DNA of 64,000 nucleotides from a virus, in IMG/VR virus record IMGVR_UViG_3300021197_001787, positions 130,232 through 194,231 of that record. The stretch is one strand, 5' to 3'. Numbering within the stretch: the stretch's first letter is position 1; every line of letters starts with the position of its first letter. Below the pieces are notes generated by a model. It had not been told where the DNA came from. It saw only the letters and a program-made list of their open reading frames with translations, and searched no databases. Both the position numbers and the translations under genes were made by a program. Below, piece after piece: positions 48,828 to 58,771 of the stretch.

Positions 48828-49067
48828 CTAATTCTTTCTTCTACTACGTTTTTCTAACAGTCTTTTTTGTTTAAGTTCCTGTCGTTTTCTCTCTCGGTCT
48901 GCTCTTGCTCTTTTCTCGCGCTTTAATTCAGAAGGTTTTTTGTATCTTTGTTTCTCTTTGTATTGTTCAACAATTCTTTCTTTTTTACATTTCTTAATAA
49001 AACGTCTTATCATTTTTTCGTGGTTACCACGACACTCTTTCGAGTTAACTACTACATTACTACCCAT
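48828..49067 (-). CDS. rpsU: ribosomal protein bS21 homologue
   Basis: Start moved to ATG 49067 (79 aa); EKMIRRFIKKCKKERIVEQYKEKQRYKKPSELKREK matches bS21 RRF...Y.KPS pattern. Confidence 0.85.
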   Translation of the reverse strand: MGSNVVVNSKECRGNHEKMIRRFIKKCKKERIVEQYKEKQRYKKPSELKREKRARADRERKRQELKQKRLLEKRSRRKN

Positions 49068-49068
49068 T

Positions 49069-49497
49069 TCATTTCCTGTTAATTTGTTTCCAGACTTGAG
49101 AAGCGCCGCCCATGAGGGAAGAGATATCAACTCCGGAGCTACTCGGATCACCTAAGTCAACTGAGCCAGCGGCCGATTCACGTTGAGTGGGGGCCGGTGT
49201 TGTCCCTTCAAATAAGTCAACTCCGTTGTAAGCGTCAGTGCTCACAGCTTCTAGTAACTTCTTTCTATGCTCTTGGAGCTTCAAACGACCTTCTTCTTGA
49301 CTTCGCTTCATATGTAAGTCTTCATTAAATAGGCGCTCTTCTTGTTTTTTGCTCTCAATAACAACGTTACCTTGTGTTTGCATACCTCTGGCGACTTCTG
49401 AAACAACGTTAGACAATACGCCCTCTTCTATTAGGACTTCGTGAATACATTCTTTCACCAAAGGTTTGATTAATTTTTTTAAGTCAGCTTTTTTCAT
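49069..49497 (-). CDS. hypothetical head-associated protein
   Basis: N-terminus MKKADLKKLIKPLVKECIHEVLIEE. Confidence 0.7.
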   Translation of the reverse strand: MKKADLKKLIKPLVKECIHEVLIEEGVLSNVVSEVARGMQTQGNVVIESKKQEERLFNEDLHMKRSQEEGRLKLQEHRKKLLEAVSTDAYNGVDLFEGTTPAPTQRESAAGSVDLGDPSSSGVDISSLMGGASQVWKQINRK

Positions 49498-51458
49498 AAT
49501 ATCCTCTTATTAATTCCTGCTAAAGTTTGCCAGCGATCAAGCGTTTCTGCTAATTCCGAAGGATCCATTCCCGGCTCGGGAAGGTCTGTTGGGTCTAGGG
49601 CGGCCCCTTTTGGTGGCGGGATCGCTCTTCTTAGACTTTCAACTGATTGGTTTAATTCATCAGCCGCGGTGCCAATGCCATCAGGAATGCCCGGAATCGA
49701 CGAAAGCGTTGCTACACCGCCTAAAACAGTATCAATCCAGAAATCACCATCATCTTGTCTCTTATAAATGGCGGCGGAGATCCACTCTTCTGGTACATTT
49801 TCTATTAATTCTTTTGTAGCGGAGCCGGCCTTTGCCAAATCTTTAGCAGCCTTCGCAGATTTCATTGTTGTAATGGCAGACCTTGCGTTCTTAGCAGAAC
49901 CAAAGGTCTTAATGAGCAGGCGGCCGCCCTTGAAGCTGGCAGGTCCAACTTTTGCTGCTATTTTAGCGCCGATTGGGCCGAGTTTTCCTAGTTTTGATGC
50001 TTTCCCAACAACTGGTGCCAGCGCTACAATATCCAACAATGCAGCGGACATTTTGCCACGGGCCAAATTGAAGACAAGACTGCCGAGAGTGGCTACGCTG
50101 GGGATCAAAGTTGCCTCAAAGGCTGGAATTACGCCGGCGGCAGAAACTGTGTTTAGGGCCGCTTCAATTCCTAATTCAACTCTGCCAAGAGTACTGAGTT
50201 CTTCTTTTTCTTCAGTATCTTCGCCGGGCTCTGAGGCACCTTCTTCATCTTCGGGTTGCGGGTCATCGCCGGTACGGGCCGGCTGTGGGTCACCATCTAC
50301 AGGCGCTGAAGCCTCTGGGGGGAGTTCCTCCGGTGGCAGAGCTTGGCCATAATCTGGACCTTTGCTAAATTTAACTGTGTTAAGCTTGGCCCATTTATTA
50401 AGGACTTTTTCTAAGTTCTTTTGAACTTTGGGGTCTAACCCGAATGAATCTAATAAATCATTTAATTTCTCAGTAGTTTCAGGTGAGAAGGTTCTTGGAT
50501 CGCGGTCGGGGCCACCAAGCGCCTCCAGTACTATGTCATCTTCTTCTGTAGCCTTTAGAAGCAATTGTAATAATTGTGTTAGCTGCTCATCAGGTATTAA
50601 GCCGGGCTTTTCAGGATCTGGTTTTAAAAGATTTATTAATGAATCAGGGTATTCCCTGCTGTTGATGCCGGCTATAATCTTATCTTGGTCATCCGGTTCA
50701 TCGGACGCAGCCTTTGAAGCATCGGCTTGGGCTTTTCTTGCCGCTACCTCGTCAGGCGAAAGTTTTCTTCTGTCCGGGTCTGCTTCTGGCTCGGCTTTAG
50801 CCGGCTCTGGGCTTGGTTCAGGATCAAAATCCGACGAATCTGGCAAGTTCTTAAGACCAGGAATATCATCAAGAGAGATTTGATTTAGCTCATCATCACT
50901 AAGAGTTTGATCCCCATCTGTGTCGTAGGGTTTAAGGAAGTCAAGATCATTCTTAAGACTGTGAAAAAGATTTGGAAACTTATTGGTAAGCCACGATAAG
51001 GTTAACTCTTGCCCTATCAATTTTTCAGCGCTCATTAGCACTATCTTTCCAAATGCGTCTCCTAAAGCTTTATCAATTTCTGTTGGGTTGGGTACCGACT
51101 GATGGGGGGCATACCAGCCCAATGCATCTTTGGTATCAACGTCTTCGTCCATGGGGTTAAATGGGGTACCATCTGATTTCTCAAATACATAGTACATCTG
51201 ATCGTCACCTTTACCATACGTACCGACGTTGCGCACTGATTTTACAAACCATATCAACTTCCCCGCGTCTCCATCATTAAGCATTTGTTGCGCAAAGGAC
51301 GCGGCATGATCTCTCACAATTCTAGCCAAGTTTGCGGGAATCTTATTTAAAGGGTCAGCTTTGGTGTCTGCTGCGGTCTGTCCCGGCTTAAAATCATAGC
51401 TAGGAGCTTCGCTTAAGTGACGTTGCCAGCCTTCATATATAACCTTGTAACTACTCAC
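49494..51458 (-). CDS. large acidic internal-head-like protein
   Basis: Leader KVIYEGWQRHLSE; EF-hand-like DTDGDQTLSDDE; hydrophobic ALLDIVALAPVVGK; tail RWQTLAGIN. Confidence 0.6.
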   Translation of the reverse strand: MSSYKVIYEGWQRHLSEAPSYDFKPGQTAADTKADPLNKIPANLARIVRDHAASFAQQMLNDGDAGKLIWFVKSVRNVGTYGKGDDQMYYVFEKSDGTPFNPMDEDVDTKDALGWYAPHQSVPNPTEIDKALGDAFGKIVLMSAEKLIGQELTLSWLTNKFPNLFHSLKNDLDFLKPYDTDGDQTLSDDELNQISLDDIPGLKNLPDSSDFDPEPSPEPAKAEPEADPDRRKLSPDEVAARKAQADASKAASDEPDDQDKIIAGINSREYPDSLINLLKPDPEKPGLIPDEQLTQLLQLLLKATEEDDIVLEALGGPDRDPRTFSPETTEKLNDLLDSFGLDPKVQKNLEKVLNKWAKLNTVKFSKGPDYGQALPPEELPPEASAPVDGDPQPARTGDDPQPEDEEGASEPGEDTEEKEELSTLGRVELGIEAALNTVSAAGVIPAFEATLIPSVATLGSLVFNLARGKMSAALLDIVALAPVVGKASKLGKLGPIGAKIAAKVGPASFKGGRLLIKTFGSAKNARSAITTMKSAKAAKDLAKAGSATKELIENVPEEWISAAIYKRQDDGDFWIDTVLGGVATLSSIPGIPDGIGTAADELNQSVESLRRAIPPPKGAALDPTDLPEPGMDPSELAETLDRWQTLAGINKRIL

Positions 51459-52056
51459 AATCCAAAACCTCGTTTAACAATCTGTTAATACGGTCGGCTT
51501 TGGTGAATACTTGGTTGTTGTAGTCTTTAGCTTCCTTCATCATGAAAGCGTTCGGGGTTGAAGGCTCGGAAACAAAGTCAAAGCATATTAATTGAAAATC
51601 TTCTTGGACAACGGTTGTATCGTTTGATTCTGAAACAGAACCCATGCCGCGGCTGGATATGCCCAGCTTAACATCAGAATGTACCAAAGACTTTAGGATC
51701 TGGCCAGAAGGGGTGTCGAGCACTTTTACCTTGCCCATAACAGTTTTATCTTGCATCCATATTTTTGTAACCATGTGAGAAGCATTTCTTAGATTGATTA
51801 CAGAATCGTCTGGGTGGTCGAGTTCTCCAAGGGCGCGGTTTTCTTCTACAAGTTTTTGATAGTTCTTGACTTCGCGCATCAAAACATTGTACGGGTACAT
51901 CCTGCGATTGCCGTTTACGACGTCGGCTTCTTGCAGTTTTCCGGTCAGCATGCAGCCGCCCTCTGCAACAAACCTCTTTTCGTCTTCGGTTAGAAGGTCT
52001 TGGCAAACTCCGCCGTCGCAGAGTTCATAAAATTCTCTAAGTAGTTTCTTACCCAT
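51451..52056 (-). CDS. prohead maturation protease (gp21-like)
   Basis: NGNRRMYP, ALGELDHP, ASHMVT, LGISSRGMGS, FDFVSEPST. Confidence 0.95.
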   Translation of the reverse strand: MGKKLLREFYELCDGGVCQDLLTEDEKRFVAEGGCMLTGKLQEADVVNGNRRMYPYNVLMREVKNYQKLVEENRALGELDHPDDSVINLRNASHMVTKIWMQDKTVMGKVKVLDTPSGQILKSLVHSDVKLGISSRGMGSVSESNDTTVVQEDFQLICFDFVSEPSTPNAFMMKEAKDYNNQVFTKADRINRLLNEVLDCE

Positions 52057-52058
52057 AG

Positions 52059-52148
52059 CTAAGAACCTTTACAGCAGTGTCTAACTGGCTGAAGCATCCA
52101 CTTGTTTGTCCAAGTGGCAAGTGTGTTTGTCTGTGTGTTTGTGCTCAT
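52059..52148 (-). CDS. possible 29-aa overlapping ORF
   Basis: MSTNTQTNTLATWTNKWMLQPVRHCCKGS; stop 2 nt before protease ATG. Confidence 0.35.
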   Translation of the reverse strand: MSTNTQTNTLATWTNKWMLQPVRHCCKGS

Positions 52149-52431
52149 GTTTTACTCCGTTGTCTCCAAATATCATGTTCATTACATACGATGTGCCAGA
52201 CGATAACCATCCAAGAATAAAAAAGTTAGCGACTGTGACATCATAGCTAAATAGTTCAGTGAAAGGTGAAAGCAGCATTAAAAACCACCCAACATGAAAA
52301 CCCATGCACATAGGACATTTAAACAATTGACCTAAGCGGCCTTTTACTGGGCGTAAGCCATCAAAAACTTTGCCATATACAAGGATTTGTGTTAATCCAT
52401 ATGCACATAATATAAATGTAGGTAATTCCAT
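52081..52431 (-). CDS. small membrane protein with CPMC motif (DUF1360-like)
   Basis: Hydrophobic segments around LFKCPMCMGFHVGW. Confidence 0.7.
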   Translation of the reverse strand: MELPTFILCAYGLTQILVYGKVFDGLRPVKGRLGQLFKCPMCMGFHVGWFLMLLSPFTELFSYDVTVANFFILGWLSSGTSYVMNMIFGDNGVKHEHKHTDKHTCHLDKQVDASAS

Positions 52432-52432
52432 C

Positions 52433-53020
52433 TCAACTCCTCACATCAGGTTCATCGGAATCAGGGTGGGCGCCGGTGGCCTGCTGCATTTTTAATTCTA
52501 AATCTTTATTTAAGTCTGGAAGCGGGTCATCTGGGTTTGAAGATTGTGCAAGAGCAAAGATACTGCGTGCCCATTTTCGCAACAACTCTTTATCAATCAA
52601 ATTTTCATATTCATCTTCTATATTTAGCTGATCGTAGCCCGGAAGGTTAGTGGTTAACGAATCATCCATCCCCATCACATCATCAACTATAAAAGCACCA
52701 ATTTGTCCACCGCGGGCTTTTGCTTGATCTGCTAACCATTGTGTTGCGTCTTCAGCACCTTGTTCCAGTTTGTTCTGTAATTCATCTGGGATCCAATCTA
52801 AAATATCTTCGGCTCCCTTTATAGCATCTCCAATAAGCTTAACCTTTCCTAACGCCAGCTTAACTCCAAATTTTGCTAATGTCTTACCAAAGCGCGGCCA
52901 CTTGCTGGCAGCTTGAGCCATTATAATATTCTGAGACAGCTCGCCCCATGTTTTTGGGTTTTCAACATCTTCGTTAATATACCTGTCCCAGCGTTCAATT
53001 ATAACTTTCATTTCAGACAT
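52433..53020 (-). CDS. acidic internal-head-like protein
   Basis: Leader MKVIIERWDRYINE. Confidence 0.65.
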   Translation of the reverse strand: MSEMKVIIERWDRYINEDVENPKTWGELSQNIIMAQAASKWPRFGKTLAKFGVKLALGKVKLIGDAIKGAEDILDWIPDELQNKLEQGAEDATQWLADQAKARGGQIGAFIVDDVMGMDDSLTTNLPGYDQLNIEDEYENLIDKELLRKWARSIFALAQSSNPDDPLPDLNKDLELKMQQATGAHPDSDEPDVRS

Positions 53021-53031
53021 TAAAATTTTCC

Positions 53032-53610
53032 TTAAATTGTATACATATAAGAATAAGAATATGGGTCTCTAACATAGCCCGGACGTATTGAGCCTTGTTG
53101 CGCTTGCTGTGGGACTTCGCCAATCTCTGTAGAGTCAGCTTTATCTGGGTCAACCAGCTCCGAGTCTGTTGCGGATATTACAGCCTCCATACTTTCAAAG
53201 TATGGGCGCTCATCTTCAATAAATTTACTAATATTAACTAAAGCAAATTTAGCAGCGTTAATGCGATCATCATAAGGAGTTTCCATTGAACCTTCCAAGG
53301 CGCCATAGTAAGAACCGCCTTGGATTGATTCAGCTATTACAATGCCCTTTTGACGAAGGTATGTAAAAAATCTATTTTGGGCGCCGTATACCAAATCGTT
53401 CATAGTTTCTTTTGGGAATGCAGTAATTTTGTTATTTTTAGAAGACATAACAATATCGATGTCAGCATGGTCAAAGATCATTAAATCGCCACTTAGACTT
53501 TTTCTTATGTTAAGCTCTAAAGTAATTGAAGGTGTAGGTTTGCGGGCAGCGGTGCCCACTTTAATCTGTATTGGCTCATCCGATGGTATGAGATTAATCT
53601 TAACCGACAT
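53032..53610 (-). CDS. hypothetical protein
   Basis: 192-aa ORF in head operon. Confidence 0.7.
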   Translation of the reverse strand: MSVKINLIPSDEPIQIKVGTAARKPTPSITLELNIRKSLSGDLMIFDHADIDIVMSSKNNKITAFPKETMNDLVYGAQNRFFTYLRQKGIVIAESIQGGSYYGALEGSMETPYDDRINAAKFALVNISKFIEDERPYFESMEAVISATDSELVDPDKADSTEIGEVPQQAQQGSIRPGYVRDPYSYSYMYTI

Positions 53611-54424
53611 CTTCGTAGATTTCCTTTACAAGTTGTTGTGTTTTCAACACAGTCATGATGACATTCTCGCTAATTGTTTCTTTCGAAAAATCTTTTAGGC
53701 GCTGCACAATTTGATTGGTTTTCTCAAGCATGGCAGAATCATCTTTTATTTCATCTACTTTGCTTGCTTCATCTAATTTATTCTTTAGGCGGGCTATTTC
53801 ATCGTTTAAGTATATTTTTAATTCTATTGAGTTGTCAGTAAAAGAAGAAATATAATGAGTCAATAACGTTTTTTGTTCATCTAACAGGCCATTTTCATAC
53901 TTTTCATTAAATTTATTAACAAATGATTTATAAACAACGTTGTCTACTTTTCTGTTATCGGTTTCTTCTGGTTCGCTCCCAGACATGTTATCAATTATTT
54001 TATTCTCAAGAATAACTCTTTCTTTCGGGGAAGTAGTATTAAACATTTTACTAATTGTAGCTAGAGCTTTATAGTTTGGAACAAAATTATTAAACACAGA
54101 AGGTGAGATATTCTTGTTAACATCATTAATAACTTCGGTTTGTTGTGCGAATAGTGCGTCAGGGTCAATCATTCTTTTAGATAACGAAGCTTCTTTTATA
54201 ATTTTTTCACTAATCTCGTTATCTAGACCTTGATTTTCGTATAGCGAGCGATAGCATTCTAAGTCTCTTTTAAGAAGAGAATCGGCACTAAAGTGTTCTC
54301 TAATGAGATCCACAACCTTTTTGCTCCTTTCGTTTTCATTTTTTAGGACAGCAACTGTGGCTTCCTTTATCAATGCCTCGTAAACAAACGCGGTGTTGCG
54401 TTTTTTGTTATGTTTAGCTTTCAT
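53600..54424 (-). CDS. hypothetical protein adjacent to portal
   Basis: MKAKHNKKRNTAFVYEAL; helical. Confidence 0.75.
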   Translation of the reverse strand: MKAKHNKKRNTAFVYEALIKEATVAVLKNENERSKKVVDLIREHFSADSLLKRDLECYRSLYENQGLDNEISEKIIKEASLSKRMIDPDALFAQQTEVINDVNKNISPSVFNNFVPNYKALATISKMFNTTSPKERVILENKIIDNMSGSEPEETDNRKVDNVVYKSFVNKFNEKYENGLLDEQKTLLTHYISSFTDNSIELKIYLNDEIARLKNKLDEASKVDEIKDDSAMLEKTNQIVQRLKDFSKETISENVIMTVLKTQQLVKEIYEDVG

Positions 54425-56420
54425 CTTTTTGCTCCGTTAATGTATCTTTTTTCTTTTCTAAATCTTCAAGAAGACTTGTTATTGAATTGTTAACTTGTAG
54501 AAGTTTTTGTTCTTCGTCTTGCTCTCTCAATGAATAAATAGGCTCGTTATCTTGATAAACACTTTCAGTAATGCCGCGACCAAGCGATCTTAACTCTGAA
54601 GCACCTAAATTATTAGTGCGATAAGTGTTTGTTTCTGGTGTCGCGATACTTGTGTAATTTCTTGTGCGTGCGCCAGCAGGGCGAGAATCAGTTTTTACCG
54701 GATGGTAGACTTTTCCTCTTGAGCCAGGTGTAAGCCTGGGTGCGTTTCTGGTCCCGGGAGGAGCAGCCAGCAACGAAGAATCATCAGCCTTGTCCGCGTC
54801 AGCAGCAGGTGCAGCAGCATCACCGCCAAGGTCAAGACCACCGGGTTCGCCACCGGGTGCAGCGGGTGGAGTATCAGCACCCAAGTCTAAACCGCCTCCG
54901 GGTGTGCTTGCGCCCCCGCCAAGGTCAAGGCCACTACCTCCACCAGCGGCGCCGGCTTGAGCTTCAGCAACAGCTTGAAGAGCAGCATCCTGTTTACGAT
55001 CATAGAACATCTCCCTCTGGCAACGTATAAATTCTTCGTGAGACATATTGAAAATATTTTCGGTAACCCAACGGCGAGAAAAGTACCCTTCGGTTGCGGT
55101 GCCGGCAATATCAAACTTAGCTTTCCAGTGTTCAATTTCTTGAAGCTCAGCAATTTTGGATGGATTGTTCAAGGAAAGTTTGAAATTAATAAGATCGTCG
55201 CCGCGGAAACCAAGGGTATAAAGATGAATAATGCCGATCTTCTCAAGCTCATGTATAACAGTTCTTTGCAATCTTTGAACAGTTCGTGCAAAGCGAATAT
55301 CTTTTTGAGCTAATGTAGTTTTATCTTCGGTGGCGCCTTCTCCCATAGAGAGATACGACTGCGGTACTTTTAATGCTGAGAATAATTTATCTCTTAAATA
55401 TTTGATGTCATCAATTTCGGTAGTATTTGTGCCGCCGGCTATATTTTGAATGTCGGTGGCAGAACCAGCACGCACAGGAATATAATAATCTTCTTCAATT
55501 GATAAAGGATTATAGCGAAGGTCTACACGACCGGTATCTTTGTTGACAATAGAGTGGCGTTTAAGTTGTGATACGATCTTTTGCATATATCCTTCAACAT
55601 CTTGGGGTGGAATTGCTCCGACGTCAATTTTGAATACACGACGTTCAGAAGAGCGTACAACACGATAAGCCATCATTGCGTCTTCCATAAGGGTCAGCTG
55701 TCTCCAGATGCGTCTAGCTGGCTCTAACACCGAGGTACCGTATGGAGAATATTTATCATTACCTAAAATACGGAAATGAGCGACCTGCCAGTTTTCAAAA
55801 GTCATGCCGGCAGAGTTCCATTGATATTGAACGTAGTTAGGGTTTGTCGCGTCTAAACCTTCAAGTCTCTCTACATCTTGCAGAGGTAATGGTAATGTGG
55901 ATTGAACACCCATCTTATCATCTATATCGAGATAAAGCATAAAGTCACCATACTTGCACATCGTGCGACACCAACCAAAAAGGTTGTATTCTATATTTAA
56001 GACATTATGATATAACAAATCAAGGACTGCTTTGATTTCTTCATTAGAACACTTAATGTTCAACATTGGACGCAAAGCCGAAAATGTCGTCATTTCATCC
56101 GCATAAATGTCAAGCGATGACGCAATCTCTGGCATATATTCCATTTGGTCAAAATCAATGTAACGCTCACCACGCCGTTGATTTCCAATAGCATTTGCCG
56201 CGATAGTATCTAAAGGGTTGTAAGTTTGTTTCTTAAACTGTTGACCCGAGGCAGATTTGAATCTAGATGAAAATTTATCTAAATGTTGTCTACGAATTTT
56301 ACGACCTGACTGCGAACGATAGTTTACAATCGGTCCTGAAAAAAGACGTGTTAATCTTTTAAATAATTCTGATTCTTGATTTACTGGGTTTTTACCGTTT
56401 CTTGGGTTTCTTGGGGCCAT
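54414..56420 (-). CDS. portal protein (gp20-like)
   Basis: EIASSLDIYADE, EDAMMAYRVVRSSERRVFKIDVG, EEDYYIP, DDIKYLRDKLFSALKVP. Confidence 0.95.
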   Translation of the reverse strand: MAPRNPRNGKNPVNQESELFKRLTRLFSGPIVNYRSQSGRKIRRQHLDKFSSRFKSASGQQFKKQTYNPLDTIAANAIGNQRRGERYIDFDQMEYMPEIASSLDIYADEMTTFSALRPMLNIKCSNEEIKAVLDLLYHNVLNIEYNLFGWCRTMCKYGDFMLYLDIDDKMGVQSTLPLPLQDVERLEGLDATNPNYVQYQWNSAGMTFENWQVAHFRILGNDKYSPYGTSVLEPARRIWRQLTLMEDAMMAYRVVRSSERRVFKIDVGAIPPQDVEGYMQKIVSQLKRHSIVNKDTGRVDLRYNPLSIEEDYYIPVRAGSATDIQNIAGGTNTTEIDDIKYLRDKLFSALKVPQSYLSMGEGATEDKTTLAQKDIRFARTVQRLQRTVIHELEKIGIIHLYTLGFRGDDLINFKLSLNNPSKIAELQEIEHWKAKFDIAGTATEGYFSRRWVTENIFNMSHEEFIRCQREMFYDRKQDAALQAVAEAQAGAAGGGSGLDLGGGASTPGGGLDLGADTPPAAPGGEPGGLDLGGDAAAPAADADKADDSSLLAAPPGTRNAPRLTPGSRGKVYHPVKTDSRPAGARTRNYTSIATPETNTYRTNNLGASELRSLGRGITESVYQDNEPIYSLREQDEEQKLLQVNNSITSLLEDLEKKKDTLTEQKDES

Positions 56421-56428
56421 TTATTTTC

Positions 56429-58012
56429 TCACTTTATAATCCACATATATTCTTTGTAAAGATTCTCTGCATCGGACATTTTATCCATTATGCCATCTTC
56501 TTTATAACCAATTTGTCCTTTTATTTTTGTGTCAAAACTGGTTCTAGAAGTTATTATAGCATCTACGAAAGCCTTCTTGTAGTTCAAATCTCTTTGATTT
56601 GTCTGCAATGCTGTGTCTCTGACCCAACAAGCAATCGCAAGCGCCATAACTAAATCATCATTGTATCCTTTTAATGCTTGGGGTTTTCCATTTGTCCAAA
56701 TAAATGTTCTCAATTCATTTGCCAAACGAGACGAATATGTAGTAATTAGTTTGTTTCTTATAAACTCTTCTAATTTAGCAACAACCAGTGGACGTGTTTT
56801 TGATGAAGTGGTGAATCCAGGGACAGCAGAACTTCTGTGTTCGGCCATATGTTGTTCAATATATTCATGGGTAGACTTTACAGAATAATAAATATTTGGG
56901 TAAGCATAGTCAATAAGCTTATCTAGAACTGTGTATCCAATACTATTATTTTCTATCACTACCATAGCATTTCCATACTCTCTTCCAATTTGGTTCAACA
57001 TGTTGGCATACAGGTCAGGGGTTGGCTTGCCTTGATATTCGCCTATTATCTGCATAGTTTCTAATTTAATAATGTGAAATGTTGAATAGTCAGCCCCATC
57101 TCCGCGTGCAACGTCGGCAGTCAACAGATAACTACACGATGGGTCATGCTCTTCCCAAATCCAAAAATTTCTATCAAAAGCAGTACGATATTTAGGCTCA
57201 GTAACGTTGCCACCAATCCACTCTAAAGCGTCAGGGCCAATTACAGTCTCGCCTGAAGTGTTGAAGTTGCATTCCAGTTCTTGAGCTATTTGGCGACGAG
57301 ACATATTTCGGGTTTCTTTTTTAAACCATTCTTCATTTCGTTCAGGGTGGACATCCCACATCAAGGTCGTTAATTTAAAATTATTTTCTTTTGTTTCGGC
57401 GCCAATGCAAGTTTTATGAAACCAGTTGCCGACACCATTGGGTGTAGAAATAGCGATGCATCGCCCACCAGTTGACAGCGTAGGGTACAGACCAGTCCAT
57501 AAATCCTCAAGCCCATCAATATGAGCAGCCTCGTCAAGGACCAACAGCGACAAGGCTTCTGAGCGGCCGGCGTCACCGGAGGTCGAAGCAGCTTTAATTG
57601 TTGAGCCGTTAGAAAGCTCAAACGAGGTGCGGTTATCAGTAGAGATAGATGCAATCCTAATCCAGTCTGGTAGGTTTTTCATTATGCTCTTGACCTTGCG
57701 GACAAGGTTTCCGGCAGTTTCAAACTTTGTAGCCATGACAAGAATAGACTTGTCGCGGTGGAACAGCATCATCCACACAATGTAGCCAGCAGTTAAGGTT
57801 GATATACCAAGTTGGCGGCCTTTGTTAATTACGTTAAAGCGGTAATCATTAAAATCATCTAGCAATAAATCTTGATAATCAAAAGTATTAAAAAGGATTA
57901 GCCCGTGCATCGGGTGTGATATACGGGCATAAGTTTTAAGGAAATAGGAGGGGTCTTTACCACATTTAACTACTTCTTTTAATATCTCTTTCTTTGTTAA
58001 TTTGAAGCTCAT
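56429..58012 (-). CDS. terminase large subunit (gp17-like)
   Basis: KGRQLGIST, LLVLDEAA, ISTPNG, TADVARGDGADYS, NDDLVMALAI. Confidence 0.96.
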   Translation of the reverse strand: MSFKLTKKEILKEVVKCGKDPSYFLKTYARISHPMHGLILFNTFDYQDLLLDDFNDYRFNVINKGRQLGISTLTAGYIVWMMLFHRDKSILVMATKFETAGNLVRKVKSIMKNLPDWIRIASISTDNRTSFELSNGSTIKAASTSGDAGRSEALSLLVLDEAAHIDGLEDLWTGLYPTLSTGGRCIAISTPNGVGNWFHKTCIGAETKENNFKLTTLMWDVHPERNEEWFKKETRNMSRRQIAQELECNFNTSGETVIGPDALEWIGGNVTEPKYRTAFDRNFWIWEEHDPSCSYLLTADVARGDGADYSTFHIIKLETMQIIGEYQGKPTPDLYANMLNQIGREYGNAMVVIENNSIGYTVLDKLIDYAYPNIYYSVKSTHEYIEQHMAEHRSSAVPGFTTSSKTRPLVVAKLEEFIRNKLITTYSSRLANELRTFIWTNGKPQALKGYNDDLVMALAIACWVRDTALQTNQRDLNYKKAFVDAIITSRTSFDTKIKGQIGYKEDGIMDKMSDAENLYKEYMWIIK

Positions 58013-58770
58013 ACATCTTTTAAGTTTTCGTTAGCTCGGCCAAGAGAATCTCCCGTGTCTAAACCATCTAAAATATTAGCGACATTATCAAGAGCGCTTT
58101 GTAATTCTGGATGGTGTTTGACTGCATCTTCAAGGGCGTGATATGTCGTCATTAACTTTTCATAATCGCTGGGGGCTTCTTTGGCTGGGGGTGTCTCCCC
58201 TTTCATTACGTCGTAAGATGCTTCAAAATCTTGGTAATCATCAAACACTTCTTTAATCATAGCTTTGACTTCTTCAAATCCTATTCTGCGACGTGGCGGC
58301 TCAACAGAGCCTGGAGCCAACTGCTCTAAAACATTGGTGAATAAATCCACCATTTCTGCTTCGGACATGCCTTGAACAAGTCCAATAACTTGCTCACGTA
58401 CATCTATTTCTTGATTACCTGAAGATCCGAATGAGGCCTCATCCTCCACATCATACGCCCCTTCTTCGTCAGGCACGTCATTGTACTGAGGCATATCATC
58501 CGTAGGAAGAGGCATTGTTTCAGCAGAACGATCAACCTTGGAATCATATGCTGGTGTTTGCTTTCCGCGCTTGTAACTACCAGGACCATATTCACGTTCA
58601 AGCCACTCTGGCTTGGGGCCCTCTTTCTTAATCCAAGCTACAAACTCATCAGCCTTTTCTTGAGTCATAGCTTCGTCAAGATTAAATTCTTTAGCATATT
58701 CTTCTAAAGCTTCTTCTTTGGCGTATTCTTCTAGAATGATCTGCTTAAGTCGTGATTCAGTAATCTGCAC
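58009..58770 (-). CDS. acidic internal-head-like protein
   Basis: Start moved to GTG 58770; leader QITESRLKQIILEE. Confidence 0.65.
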   Translation of the reverse strand: MQITESRLKQIILEEYAKEEALEEYAKEFNLDEAMTQEKADEFVAWIKKEGPKPEWLEREYGPGSYKRGKQTPAYDSKVDRSAETMPLPTDDMPQYNDVPDEEGAYDVEDEASFGSSGNQEIDVREQVIGLVQGMSEAEMVDLFTNVLEQLAPGSVEPPRRRIGFEEVKAMIKEVFDDYQDFEASYDVMKGETPPAKEAPSDYEKLMTTYHALEDAVKHHPELQSALDNVANILDGLDTGDSLGRANENLKDV

Positions 58771-58771
58771 T

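Noticed and set aside
48828-49151. ORF-track starts at 49151, 58842, 36311, 19748, 62738, 61128, 60719, 30929, 10142
   Set aside because: They extend into upstream genes; downstream starts have SD sites or stop/start overlaps
2286-58012. Inteins or introns in dnaE, nrdJ, helicase, recA, terminase
   Set aside because: Lengths are ordinary, no splice-junction or homing endonuclease motifs seen
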